This document shows, in pieces, positions 23,616 through 35,458 of a stretch of 64,000 nucleotides of DNA; within the stretch, counting starts at the first letter, position 1; each line of letters starts with the position of its first letter. The position numbers and the translations under genes are program-made. The DNA comes from Rebecca billardiae RCC1528. Lineage: Eukaryota; Protista; Haptophyta. The DNA lies in contig OZ251229.1 of assembly GCA_965240325.2 (NCBI GenBank), positions 1,798,001 through 1,862,000 of the forward strand, given 5' to 3'. The notes beneath the pieces were generated by a model that had not been told where the DNA came from, searched no databases, and was given only the letters and a program-made list of their open reading frames with translations.

Positions 23616-24120
23616 TGCTGCAATTCAGATATAGTTATACTCTGAGACTGATGATACGCGCCGCTAGCTCAGACTCCGACGGTCGATCCGTAGAGTAGCG
23701 CTAGTCGACAATCAGACGAATCAGATGCTGACATCCGATGACTGCTGATAATTAATGAACAGCGCGTCAGCACTCATCAGTAGTGATCAGAGGCAGCATA
23801 GCGCGCAGCTGCGCGCATAGCCATAGGCTGGCCATGCTCGAGCTGCGCGCCCGCGGGCGGCAGGCTGCGCCGCTGACCCGCTCGGCCACGTGACGTCGAC
23901 GATAGGCATAGCTGGCGCGCATGCTGCTCTTCATTCAGTCAGTCAGTCCGAGACCATTGACAGGCTGACATCACTGCGGTCCGACTGCTACTATGACGAA
24001 GCCACTCACGGCCTCACGCCCGACTCAGGCACAGACTGAGACAGTGTCAGACAGCGCCACCGAGTCCGAGTGTCACTGACACCGTGTCAGTGTAGAATTC
24101 GGGATACCGTCGTAGTCGTA

Positions 24121-24674
24121 CAGGCAATCGCGGGCAATAAGGAGCTGTCACGTTAAGAAACTGGGGCTTGCTATCTGCGGATCTGGCCTAGAAACTGAGA
24201 CTAGCGATTGGCTGGTTCGCTATACGCATAGTCGTAACACTAAGAGTAAGAAACCGGGACTACGTCGTCGCGGCTTACAAGTGTCAAGTGCGGTCCGCCG
24301 AGGCGCAGTCGGCCCGTGGGACGCGGCGCGCGGCCCGACTACGAGTACAGGCCAAGTCCCGACTTCTCCTGATGACTGACTCCTGGCCAGTGCACCGCAG
24401 CATCCATGCAACATCATGCCAGATTTACTCCGAAATGATGGCTTATTTTTTCCTTATTCGGCCTCGGCGCCGGCCAGGCCTACTGAAGACTCAGCGGGGG
24501 GCTCTGCCGGCACCGGCGGCACCCGTGGCGCCCCCCGCGCCTGCGCGGCGGGCGGACCTAGCTAAGATCGAAACTGAGACTCCGTAGGCGCTCGGGCTAC
24601 TACGAACGGCTAAGAAACCGAGACTAGGGCCGTGAGATCTCTGACTTCTTATTAATGATGCCCGCGATTGCCTG
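24121..24674. mobile_element. MITE, Tc1/mariner-type (TA target duplication)
   Basis: TA|CAGGCAATCGCGGGCA ... TGCCCGCGATTGCCTG|TA, a 16-bp perfect TIR that extends with an indel. An internal motif GAAAC(C/T)G(A/G)G(A/G)CT occurs about five times. Confidence 0.85.
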
Positions 24675-25118
24675 TATGAATAAATCTGACGGCGACGGTG
24701 TCGTGCCTGAGCGCAGATGCGCCGAGTCCCTCGCGTGGAAGAGACCGTCTCCAGAGTCGCCGGGCCAGCGGCAGCGGACAGGGCCGAGTCACCCAGCAGA
24801 CAGTGAGCAGACCCATGCTGCCAGGCCAAGGGTGATGAGGTCCGATGTCCGCGCGAATATGTCCGGTGCGCGCACATGCGCCCTCGGTGGTGGGGATCAC
24901 TGGGGGTCACACGGCGCGGCAGCCACGAGACACGCGTGCCAGCATCACCAGTCACGGCGGCGTTGCGCTGCCGCGCCGAGCGCCGGTGCTTCGACAGCCT
25001 GTAGAAGGAGCGGTTGTGCAAAGGCGTGCGGCAGTGCGGCGACCCGGCGGGGGGGCCGCCGACTGCACGCGCGCAATAGATAGGAGCTCTGTGGGCTTGG
25101 GCCCGCGAGCGCGGCCGC

Positions 25119-25730
25119 TCACGCGTCGGTGGCCCAGCTGAGCTGCGAGCGCTGCGCGGCCGAGTCGGCGGATGCCTGCGGCCGCGAGCGCAGGTTGTCT
25201 GACGGCGCCTGCACGTTGTTGCCGGTCGACGGCGGCCGTCCGTCAGCGGACGCGGCATCCGAGCCGCCGCCCGACTGCACCACGGTCGGGGCGGGTCCTT
25301 GCGACAAGCTGGGCAGTGATGCCGGCTCTGGCCGCGTGTCTCCGCTCGATCTCAACCGCGCTTTGATGGTCGGGGGCGTGCCCGCTTCGCTCGCCGCAGC
25401 GGGCCACGAGTATGCCGGCGTGCTCGGCCGCCGAGGGCTTGTCATTGGCGACTTGTTGGGCGGGTCGAGGTTGCGCGCGGGCGGGGAATTGGAGCGGGGC
25501 TGCCTCTGCGGCCGACGCGCCTCCGCCTTGCTCCGCGTAGCCGGCCCGGCGGGCGGCTGCATCGTCGAGGCCGATGGCGAGCTCGAAGCGCGCGGTGAAT
25601 CGGTGATCCTTTGCTCACCCTCCCTTTGCTGCTCGATGGCCACGATGGGCCGCCCTTTCAGCAAGGCTTCTTCAGGCCAATCGGAATCCTTGGTCCTCGC
25701 TGTCGTCGCCGCGTGGCTGCGCCCAGAATC
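25119..25730 (-). CDS. Possible exon of a low-complexity Ser/Pro-rich hypothetical protein
   Basis: An open frame of about 200 aa ends at a GTGAGC donor-like site with a TGCAG acceptor near 25062. The start is unresolved. Confidence 0.3.
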   Translation of the reverse strand, partial: DSGRSHAATTARTKDSDWPEEALLKGRPIVAIEQQREGEQRITDSPRASSSPSASTMQPPAGPATRSKAEARRPQRQPRSNSPPARNLDPPNKSPMTSPRRPSTPAYSWPAAASEAGTPPTIKARLRSSGDTRPEPASLPSLSQGPAPTVVQSGGGSDAASADGRPPSTGNNVQAPSDNLRSRPQASADSAAQRSQLSWATDA

Positions 25731-26048
25731 GTTGCGAGATAGACTGATTTGAGTGATTTATTCCAGCATTTCTCGTAGTCGGCATGCAAGATTCGTGAGC
25801 GCGCAATCGGGATTCGGATCGTCCCTCGTCGGGCCGATGAATACCATACTGTGTTGCCCCCTAGATATTTGACGACCGTGGCGTCCCGTTCGTCCGGTTG
25901 CCCAACGGTAAAAATGGGCCGAAAGTCCGTCCGGGAGTTGCTTGCTGAAAACCAGGACCCGCCTCGGCCTGCACTGTCGCGCCGAGTCTCGGCCCGGCCA
26001 CCGGCGACCGGCCCGAGGCACACGTCGCCCGCCCCCACCCGCTTCGCC

Positions 26049-26870
26049 ATGAGGCAGGACGTGCTCGTCGTGCCCCACGGCGGCGGCCCCATGCCGCTCT
26101 TGGACGAGCCGTCCCATGCCGGGATGGTCGAGTGGCTCCAGACCACGCGCGCGCGCCTGCCCCGTCCACCGACTGCGATCCTCGTCATCTCCGCGCACTG
26201 GGAGGCCCCCGTGGCTACCGTCCAGTCGGGCAGCGCCCCGAGCCTGCTCTATGACTACCACGGCTTTCCAAGGCAGACGTATCAGCTGGACTACCGGCCG
26301 AAGGGCGCGCCCGAGCTCGCGGCGCGCGTGCAGGGCCTGCTCGCGCAGTCGGGCATCAAGAGCAGCGCGGACGGCGCGCGCGGCTTCGACCACGGCGTGT
26401 TCGTGCCGCTCATGTTCATGTGCCCGGACGCGGACGTGCCCGTGATGCAGCTCTCCCTTCTCGCCTCGCTCGACGCGCGCGAGCACGTGCGCCTCGGCGC
26501 CGCCCTCGCGCCCCTCCGTGACGAGGGCGTGCTCCTCGTCGGCAGCGGCATGCACAGCTTCCACAACATGCGGGGCTTCGCGCCGCCCGGCGCCCCGCTC
26601 AGCGAGCTGGGGCAGCGCGCGTCGGCCGCGTTCGACGCGTGGCTTGCTGAGACAGTGCTCCTCCCCGCCGACGCGCGCAACGAGCGCCTCGCCAGCTGGG
26701 ACTCGCTCGCGCCGCGCGCGCGCGAGGCGCACCCGCGCGAAGAGCACCTGCTTCCGCTGATGGTGGCGGCAGGCGCGGCCGGCAGCAGCCGCGCGGTCGT
26801 CGAGCTGCAGACGGAGATCATGGGCACCAAGGCGTCCGGCTACGTCTTCACGGACGCGGCGCAATCCTAG
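26049..26870 (+). CDS. Extradiol ring-cleavage dioxygenase, LigB/DODA (YgiD-like) family
   Basis: PHGGGPMP, ILVISAHWE, YDYHGFP, RGFDHGVFVPL, GSGMHSFHN and AHPREEHLLPL motifs; intronless. Confidence 0.93.
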   Translation: MRQDVLVVPHGGGPMPLLDEPSHAGMVEWLQTTRARLPRPPTAILVISAHWEAPVATVQSGSAPSLLYDYHGFPRQTYQLDYRPKGAPELAARVQGLLAQSGIKSSADGARGFDHGVFVPLMFMCPDADVPVMQLSLLASLDAREHVRLGAALAPLRDEGVLLVGSGMHSFHNMRGFAPPGAPLSELGQRASAAFDAWLAETVLLPADARNERLASWDSLAPRAREAHPREEHLLPLMVAAGAAGSSRAVVELQTEIMGTKASGYVFTDAAQS

Positions 26871-26984
26871 GAGTCGGCTCGCGACCCGAGCTGCTGCTGC
26901 AGGCTGTAGTCCTCCTCTCCTCAGTCTCTGCAAGTTACGTCGTAAGCAAACGTCGTCCCGCACGCGCCGTCACACCGCCCGCTC

Positions 26985-27550
26985 AAGAAGGCAAAGAGGG
27001 AGGAGCGAGCTGCAGCGAAGCTGCACGCGGCGGTGGAGCAGCAACTCGAATGCTTGTTCACGACGGTGCTCGAGACTCAGCCTCTTTGCGAGCAGCTGCG
27101 ACCGTCGTGGTCTGCGGACATCGCGCACACCTTCACCGTTCCCGCGGGCGCGCGCAGCCAAGTGGTTCGGCCGCGAGCTGGCTGAGGAGGAGTGGTAGCG
27201 GCTGTAAGCGGACGCCGAGCCACTGCTGCTCGATTTCCTCATCCGCGCCATGCCCTTGGTAGAGTTCAAGGCGGCGCGGCGGAGATGCAGCCCGATGGAG
27301 GCGTTCAACCTGCAGCTCTACCCAATGCTCGACGTGCGAGGGAAGGCCGTCGCGGAGCGCGCACATATCGGCGAGATCGACGTCCGCTGAGACTTCGTGC
27401 TGGGCAATTGGGGCGACTCGGTCCAGCACAACCTAGAGCTGCTCGATGTGTGGCGCAACGAGGCAGAGGCCACGCGCACCGACTTGTGACACTGCCTGGC
27501 GTCGGCTGACGAGCTCGAGAAGGACGGGTCAGTGGCGGCGCGGTGCGCCA
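26985..27550 (+). pseudogene. Decayed gene copy with several in-frame stops
   Basis: The frame AKWFGRELAEEEW*RL*ADAEPLLLDFLIRAMP...FNLQLYPMLDVRG...DVR*DFVLGNWGD...TDL*HCL keeps its codon bias across TAG, TAA, TGA and TGA stops. Confidence 0.65.
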
Positions 27551-27803
27551 CAGGTGCGGGCCCCGAGCACTCGCGTGATTGGCGCAATCAGCTCCGCGGT
27601 CAGGCATCTGTCATGCCTCATAACATTTTGGCCCGTGGCCCGCGGGCGCGCGGGCTCGCGCGGGCCCCGCGGCACACCCGCTAATATATCCACGACCACT
27701 GCTGATGTCACGTATACTGGAATCAGGCTCTATAGTCGTCCGGTCATCATGGACATGCCTCATGAGTCATGGCACCCGGGCAACGCCCTACTGTACAACC
27801 CTA

Positions 27804-27858
27804 CAGTTATTTACTAAGAATAAGAGACGCACACAGCTCAGGCAGGCGAGATTGACGC
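27804..27858 (+). repeat. Isolated TIR-like sequence, inverted copy of 55222-55275
   Basis: 27815-27858 is the exact 44-bp reverse complement of 55222-55265; it is preceded by TA|CAGTT. Confidence 0.85.
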
Positions 27859-28469
27859 ACAGTACGTCAGCCGTACTGTGATGACTACGAATTATAGCAG
27901 CATCATTATTCATCTTATTAAATTATTACGATGTGATCCTGTCCACTACTCAATGATGACGACTCAATATCAGTTACGATCAGTGATCTGTTACGATGTC
28001 GGACAGTGAGTGACGCGAAAGCGTTGGCAGCAGCGCCCCGAGCGGCCGCCGGACTCGCGCCGGCGCGCCGACCGAGCCGGGTCCAGCGGATCCGATTCGG
28101 AGCCTCGCCCTCAGCCCGTCGCCTCCGTCGGCCAACATCATCACATCACATGCAATATTCTTCAACTACACCAATCATTATATCGTCATGAGTCGTCCGA
28201 CTACGTCGTCCGTCGCCGGGGGTCCGGAGACCGGACGCGCGGCGACGAGCAGCCCTTCGCCGGCCGCCGGCCCGGGGCCGGGGCCCCGCGGCCGCGGGGC
28301 CCCCGGGGCGCGCCGCCCGCGAGAGTTCGGTACCTAGCTTACTACTTCCGGCGGGATCGGGCCGCGGGCGCATCCGGGGTGGCATCCGCGCATCATGTCA
28401 TGATGAACTCCGCCAAGGGCAAGTAGTCATAATCAATAAATATATATCCGCTCAGCCTTATATATATAT

Positions 28470-29320
28470 GATCGGCTACGCCGATCTTCGGGTAGTAAAC
28501 AACGAAGTTGAGGGCGCACGGCCCTGGGCATCGCGCGCAGGTGCTTGACGAGCTGGTTCGGCACCGTGTTGATGCCGAGCTTGGTGGCTGCCCTGACGGG
28601 CTCGGGCTCGTGAGGTGAGCGAGCGCGCGCTTCAGCTGCGCGCGCCTGCGCGCGGCGTCGGTGCTCGATGCTTGGCCACGCGCTTGTGGATGCGGGGGCC
28701 CGCCTTGCTGATCGTGGGCGAAACGGCGATGCGCCGCCGTATCTCCGCCGCCCGGCTCACCGACACCGGCAGCACGCGGCTCACGAAGGCGTCGCACGGC
28801 ATGTGGAAGTCGGCCGCGTGCACGCCCATGAAGTCGGTCACCGCGACGTCCTGCGCGGTCAGCGTCCTCGCGGCCGCGGCCGCGTCGGCTGCGCCCGTCA
28901 CCTTGATCTGCGCCACATGGCGCGCATAGCGGAAGCGGCAGCACTTCAAACGTCGCCAGCGCGCCCGCGTCCAGTTCGACGCGCCGCGTGCCGAGATGCC
29001 ACGCCGATCGCAGCTCGAGCTCGTCGACAAGCGCCTGCTGGCCGGCGCCGCCCCACCAGTAGGCGTGCTTGGAAAGCCGCAGCAGCTTGAGCTTCGCGGT
29101 GACGCACAACTGTTGCGTCTCGGACACGAGCGGCGCGACCGCCGCGAACCACACCCTCCGCCGCGTCGCCGGCTTCGTGAAGGACGGGTCGTCGTACTCC
29201 ATCGGCACGCGCGCGTGCGCGCGCGCGCTCCCGCCCTCGTCTGTGCGCAGGTGCAGCTTCTTGTCGCCGCTCGTGCGCGCCCGTTCGGCATAGCGTACAG
29301 TCCATGATGTACAGTCCATG
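28470..29320 (-). pseudogene. Frameshifted hypothetical gene
   Basis: Coding-like segments switch frame near 28930 and 28600: MEYDDPSFTKP...FEVLPLP, then ARHVAQIKVTG...RIHKRV, then ATKLGINTVPNQLVKHL. Confidence 0.5.
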
Positions 29321-30837
29321 ATCAAATTCGAATGTCGCGGGTAAGACCAGACCGCGCACCACACATGCGCGGGCGGCTGCCGATTGCCCGAGGCTGGCTC
29401 TGGAGGCGGCGCACGCGTGCGCGCTGGCCTGAGGCGCGGCGAAAGCGGCGGCGAGCAAGGCGCGCGGCGTGGGAGGGCGACATGCACTCCCTAGCACCTG
29501 CCCAGCCGCGCGCGCCGCCTCCGCGCGCGCGTGCACGGCCGCAGGAGCTCGCGCCGTGCGCGCCCCACTCGCCCCCCGGGGCGGGCGCCCACGAGAGTGA
29601 GCCCGCGCAGCAGCGAAGCGGGAACCAACCTCTGGCGCTGCCGCCACTGGGAGTTGACAGCCCTTACCGCCCTTGGTACACCCATTTTCAGAGAAGTAGA
29701 GAACTCTTATGACTTATTAGTCAATAGAGGAGAATCCAGAAGGGTCGTACGTGAAGCGGTAGAAATTCTCAGCTCATGAGGTTTTCGCAGGCCCGGCCAT
29801 CATCATTGTTGATGAGCGAATTCAGGCCTCATCAACAAATAATCATATGGGTCGAGAGCGAGAATGTTCGCCTTCAGGCTGTGTCGTTCATATGAAATAC
29901 AAGAATTGGATTGCCACCGAACCAAATGTTTGGTTCGCTTTATGCAGAATCTCGTTTCAGTTGAATGGCGGGCGATCGTCTTTCGTTGAAACGGTGTTTT
30001 TGAAGCGCAGTTCTCTTAAGAGAAGAGGGATGCGTCTAATCTAAAACGCTGTTTTTCAGAAGCGCGTGAATCAAAGCTGACGACCCAACCTATCGTTTCT
30101 ATGGTTGGCGAGCTGTTTCAGGCTCTTACAATTCAGGCATCTTACTATGACGGAATGTTCTAACACACGGCTGGTGTTATGTGCTATTCCACCCTGCATT
30201 CCCCTAAGTGTTACTATCGTTAAAATTAGCATCTACTACAAACGCAATCATTGCGGCAGCGATATCCACTCATACGCGGTGGCCACCTAGCGAAAAATCC
30301 CCAAAATCCTGCGCGCATCCTCTTTTTGATTTTGCGGAGCACGTGCGCCGCCCCCCCCCCCCGGCTTTCGCTCACGCTCAGACCTTTCGGGGGGGGCGTG
30401 CGCCATTATAGTCGTTTTAAAATATTATTTTTAAATAACCATATCACTACTATCAGCAACTATAAATATGAACTATACGGTCCGCGTAGCCGCGCGGATG
30501 CGTGAGGCAATCAGTCGTCATCAGACGATTACTTGCGGATAGCTAGTGATGACAGCAGTAGTGAACTGACAATCTGACGCTCCGGCGATGAGATCGGGCC
30601 ACCGTGACCGTCGCCGTGCCGCCATTCCCATTGCCATTGGAGCGCATCGGGCGCCGGCATGGTGCGCCTGGTGGCAACATGGGCGCCGATGATGGTGCTC
30701 CACCGCACCGAGAAGGCCGAGCGTCGTAGGGCCCGGCGCGATGCCCCCGACCCGTCAGAGGCGCGAGCAGCCGCGGGGGAGGGCAGATCCGCTGCCAGGG
30801 CCGGCGGCGCCCTCCCTCCGACCTCAGTCGTCCGACC

Positions 30838-30887
30838 TCAGTCGTCCTCGAAGGCGACCTCCTCCATGTCGTCGTCGGCAGCGGCAG

Positions 30888-30918
<31 letters not shown>

Positions 30919-32371
30919 GTCCTCCTCGTCCTCGTCGTCCTCCTCGTCGAAGATGTTCTGCCCCTCCGCCTCCATCTGCTCGCGCCGCTTCCGCTCCCAC
31001 TCGAGCCGCTTCTGCTTGAGCGCCTCCTCGCGCGCGGCGCGCTCCTCTGGTGTGAGTGTCTTCATCACCTCCTCCTCCGCCTTGCGGATGGCCTCCTCCG
31101 CCGCGGCGCGGTCGGCCTTGCGCTGCTTTCGTCGCTCCGCGCGGCCCGCCTTGCCCTCCTCGTCCTCCGCCTCGCGCCGCCGCCGACGGCCGGCGGAGGG
31201 CTTCTTGTTGAGCATGGTGAGCTCCCGCTCGCCTGACTGCATGTCGCCAATCCAACCGTTCAGCGCGTCCTCGCCGAGCGCGCCGCGGAAGGCGAGCGCC
31301 TGCGCGCTGTTGTCGGGGAAGACGCGCGTCGCGACGACGCGGATCTGCTCCGGCGCGGCCGCCTGCTCCTCGTCCAGCTTGGGCAGCAGCTTCTCGATCG
31401 ACAGCTCGACGGTGGCCGTGTTGATCACCGCAAACTGCAGCGTGCGGTGCTTGCTCGCGACCGCGCGGATTGTCTCGTTGTGCGCGGCGGAGAGCGGCGT
31501 GTACGGGATCACGATGATGCACAGCTTGTTGTGCCGATTCAAGCACGCCTGCTCGGCCAGCCCGCCCGAGCCACCGCCCGGCGAGCGCGCGGGGTGGGGG
31601 CGGGCAGTGCGCGTGAGCGCACGGTGGCCGGCCGGACGGCGCCGCCGCGCGCGCCCGAGCGACCGGCGGCGGGCGCGCGCACCCGGCCAAACGAGCTGGG
31701 CGTGGAGACCTCGGAGACCTTGAGCTTCGCCGCCTCGGACACGCGCTGCACCAGAGTCGCCGGCATGTCGAGCGCATCCTTGGACACCACCTGCAGCCGC
31801 CGCGCCGCGCGCGGCGCGGGCGCGTGAGGGTGGACTGCACGAGCTGGGGCATGCGGCGCGGCGCGCGCGGCGCGGTCGCGTGGCCGCCGCGCACCTGCGG
31901 CTTGTTGCCGTTGACGAAGAGCGCGACGAGCGGGTTGGTCGCTGGGTTGAGCTTGAAGCGCTGGTACACCGTCTTGCCCGAGGGCAGCTTGTCGCCGCAC
32001 GGCAGCGCCGCCGTCTGGACGGGCGTGTAGGGCTCGCGCACGCTCGCGAGGTGCGGCGCGGCGGCGGAGAAGGACGAGTCGATGCTAATCCCCGGCCCGA
32101 CGCACTGGATCAGCCACGGCTGGCCGCTGAAGAAGATGTCCTTGAGCACCTCCGTCTCGTTCAGCCCGATCGTCGCGACGCCCGTGGTCATGCCGCGCTG
32201 CGCCTGAAACATGAACGCAATGCCGATGAAGAGCGCGCCGCCGATGCCCGCGAGCTTCATGTACGCCGCCTGCTTGCGGCGCTGCGCCTCGAGGCTGGCG
32301 TTCGCCGCCTTGCGCCCGCTACCCTTGCCATCGCCGCCGCCCTTCGGCCCGCGTCTCCGCTCGACCGCCAT
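30838..32371 (-). CDS. Membrane-anchored protein with probable thioredoxin-like folds (no CxxC) and a coiled-coil/acidic C-terminus (exons 32371-31895, 31790-31683, 31548-30838)
   Basis: N-terminal TM LAGIGGALFIGIAFMF; LKDIFFSGQPWLIQC; two GTGCGC...CAG introns restore a single frame; Asp/Glu tail. Confidence 0.8.
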
Positions 32372-32481
32372 CGGAGCGCGCTCGCTGATTGATGCGAAGA
32401 CCGCCACTGCACACACGTGGCCCGCGGCCTCAGCCTCGCGCGACGTCGTCAGTCCTCCACAAGTCGGGGTTCGTCCACAGG

Positions 32482-33465
32482 ATGGCTGCCGCCAACAGCA
32501 CATTGCCAGTCATGACTGACGAGATCATCTCGCAGCAGCTGGCGCCGGTGCTCGTCGCGGCCGCGGCGGTGGTGATCACCGCGGGGGTGGTGCACCTGCG
32601 GCGCACGCGCCATCCGCTCCGGACGATCCTCACGGGCCCGCACGCGCCCGAGATGACGCTGAAGCTGTCGCGCCACCTCGCGCGCGTGCTCGCTTCCGGC
32701 ACGCTCGACGAGCCGACGCTCACCGCGCACATCACGGTGGCAAAATGCGGGCGGCTCGTGCGGCTCGACCTGGCGCACGTCGATGAGTGCAGCGCCGCAC
32801 TCGCCACGTACGCCCTGAACGGTCGCGTGGACGGCCCCGCCGTCAGCGCCATGGCCGCAAACGCGCGGGCGGCGCTCGCTCAGATCGGCGCACTCGCCAA
32901 GCTGCGCGCAGAGGTCGAGGCCCTGCGGCAGGCGCGGCTCGACGACGCGAAGCGCGAGCACATGGACGCGCTCGAGCGGCTGTGGAGCGTGCTGCAGCCC
33001 GGGCGCGCGCGCGAGGGCGGCCGCATCTCCAAGGACTGGACCGACATCGGCTTCCAGGGCCACGACCCCGCGACCGACCTGCGCGGCATGGGGTACCTCT
33101 CGCTACTCAACCTGCTGCACGTGGCCGAGGCGCACACCGCCTTCGCCGCGGCGCACGTGAAGCTGTACATGACGCCGGGGATGGAGCTCGTGCACTTCCC
33201 GCTCGCGATCACCTCGATCAACGTGACGGGCTGGCTGCTCGAGCTCCTCGAGGGCGGCGAGCTCGACGTGTACCTGCACCGGCACGGCTCGACGCTCAGC
33301 ACGCTGCACGAGCTGCACTACGCGCTCTTCCACCGCTTTGCCGCGCTGTGGAGGCGCGAGGCGCCCGCGTCGGTGATGGAGTTCGGCCGCGTGCAGAAGC
33401 GCTTCCTCGACGGCATCCGGGAGGTCTGCGCCATGGATGATCTGCTGAGGCTGAGCGACGGCTGA
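32482..33465 (+). CDS. ELMOD: ELMO/CED-12 domain protein (ELMOD-like Arf GAP)
   Basis: WTDIGFQGHDPATDLRGMG and FPLAITSINVT motifs; N-terminal hydrophobic helix. Confidence 0.92.
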   Translation: MAAANSTLPVMTDEIISQQLAPVLVAAAAVVITAGVVHLRRTRHPLRTILTGPHAPEMTLKLSRHLARVLASGTLDEPTLTAHITVAKCGRLVRLDLAHVDECSAALATYALNGRVDGPAVSAMAANARAALAQIGALAKLRAEVEALRQARLDDAKREHMDALERLWSVLQPGRAREGGRISKDWTDIGFQGHDPATDLRGMGYLSLLNLLHVAEAHTAFAAAHVKLYMTPGMELVHFPLAITSINVTGWLLELLEGGELDVYLHRHGSTLSTLHELHYALFHRFAALWRREAPASVMEFGRVQKRFLDGIREVCAMDDLLRLSDG

Positions 33466-34776
33466 CGGTCGCCGACCTGCGCCGGGCCGCTCAGATGATG
33501 AGCGATTTTGAACTTGCGACTAGGACTGCATCATTGGGCGGCGTCCTTTGGCTATTGGGATCGCCTTTGGGCGACGGCACTCACTTGTTGAACTCAGGCT
33601 CAGCATCATGCGGATCAGTCCACCGGCCGATGCTGCTCGCGAATCACACAGCAATCGGTTATCGGCCGAGCCTCCGCGGCACTGATTCCGCCGATGCTGC
33701 TCGTCATCGACGCCATCGGCATCGGCCCGAGGGCGAGGCCAAGCCTGTCGGAGTGTAACTGTACGTCGGACGGTGACGGTGTCGCCCGGTGTTACTGTTG
33801 ACCGTTACGAACCGACAGTGAGGCCTGAGGCGCCAGCCTACTCGTCCGTCATCACCGTGATTTTGAATCGGCCAATCGGCACTCTGGCTACGGCCGTCTG
33901 GGCTGACTCTGATGGCGGTCCTCGACCAGGGTGGCCGTGACCTGTGTCCGTGTGTCGTGTGAAGCTAACCGTTAGACGTAAGTCCGCCGTAATAATAACT
34001 GCTGCTAAGTGACTGAACAAACCGTGACTCCCAGGATGAGTGTGAGTGAGATGAGCGGTGTCATACACTGCTACGGCTATACTCATACTCATAGTACTCC
34101 GATGATTCGGCCCCCGGGTCCGCCCGGACTACCGGACTGGCACGGCCGCTGCCAGGGGCATTGTGAAGGTCACTGAAGGTCGCACGTCAGCCCGTCGAGT
34201 GGCGTGGCGTGCCGTGTGACACGGGCACTATGACTAAGTACCGTAAGGCGTAACGGCAGCGGATCGGCGGCATTCGCTTCGGCCCGACGGGCACGGGACG
34301 GCTCGGAGATGAGTAACTAACTATACTCATGCCGCAAATCGGATCAGAAATCGCAATGCTGCGCCTGCAATGCAACCGTAAGTAACGGTAAGTAACCGGC
34401 GTAATAGCTAGCTTATAATACTGCTGTCAGACGGTAAATAAATCAATACATATGCGCTGATATTAAATTAGTTTTCCGAAGACCGAATTAGTACTCCGAC
34501 TAGTTCAGTGTAAGTGAGTACTGTGAGTAGTTTGAACATTATAATTCAGTATGATAATACTACTACTATGCAGGTTCCGAAATAAAGGTCGTCGTACTGA
34601 TGGTATTCTTGGTCCCAGGGTCCGACAACATGTTTGATCAGGGCGGACACTCACAGTCACAACTCACAAGACACAACAGACGTACAAGCTCAGTCTGCTC
34701 AGTAGCTCACTCGCCGAGCTGGAACTAGTGGAAGTCGCCGAGCGGCAGTGATGAAGAGAGTGGGCGCGGCCGTGCA

Positions 34777-35256
34777 TCACAGCTGATCGTGCCATCGCTT
34801 GAAGGCAGGGTTGTAGCCAAATTCACGGATGAGGGTGTCGATGCTCTCCTTGTACTTGCCCATCGCGTACTCATAGCTCGTGCGCACGCCCTCCTGCGAG
34901 TCATGATACTGCTTCTCAAACGGACCGATCGCCGCGTCGAAGAACTCGCACCACTCCTCGCACTCCTTGATGATACGCTTGCACTCCTCTTGGCGCTGCT
35001 GGTGTGCGATGATTGTCTTCGGCCCGTACTCCTCGAGGCCGACCTTGTCCGCCGCGATCTCTGCGTTCAGCTGCACGATCCGTTGCTTCTTGAGCTCGAT
35101 CACACTCGTCAGCCCCGAGACGGCGTTCCGCGTCTCCTCCTTTTTGCGGTGCAACTCCCCACTTTTCTTCACGAACTCCGCCATCGTGTCCACCCGCTTG
35201 TACTTGAGCTCCTCGGGCGGAGCGGGGCCCCGCCCCTTCCCGCGCGCGCCGCTCAT
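34777..35256 (-). CDS. Small coiled-coil hypothetical protein, 159 aa
   Basis: MSGARGKG...KYKRVDTMAEFVKK...EFGYNPAFKRWHDQL with strong codon bias. The upstream part of the track ORF is antisense to the next gene. Confidence 0.85.
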   Translation of the reverse strand: MSGARGKGRGPAPPEELKYKRVDTMAEFVKKSGELHRKKEETRNAVSGLTSVIELKKQRIVQLNAEIAADKVGLEEYGPKTIIAHQQRQEECKRIIKECEEWCEFFDAAIGPFEKQYHDSQEGVRTSYEYAMGKYKESIDTLIREFGYNPAFKRWHDQL

Positions 35257-35458
35257 GCTGAGCGGCGTGTTGACTCTTGATCGCCCTGCCGCGTGATGGC
35301 CGGGCGGCTCTGAAACCGCTCCTCGAGACGGCGCGGCCGCGCGGGTAAAATCCAGGGAGATATCATAGCCGTGTAAAAATCGCCGCCAAGCTGACCAACC
35401 GACGATCGCGCGCTCGCGGCGCACACGGCTGCGCACGCGCAGGCCCGCGGCCGCGGCG

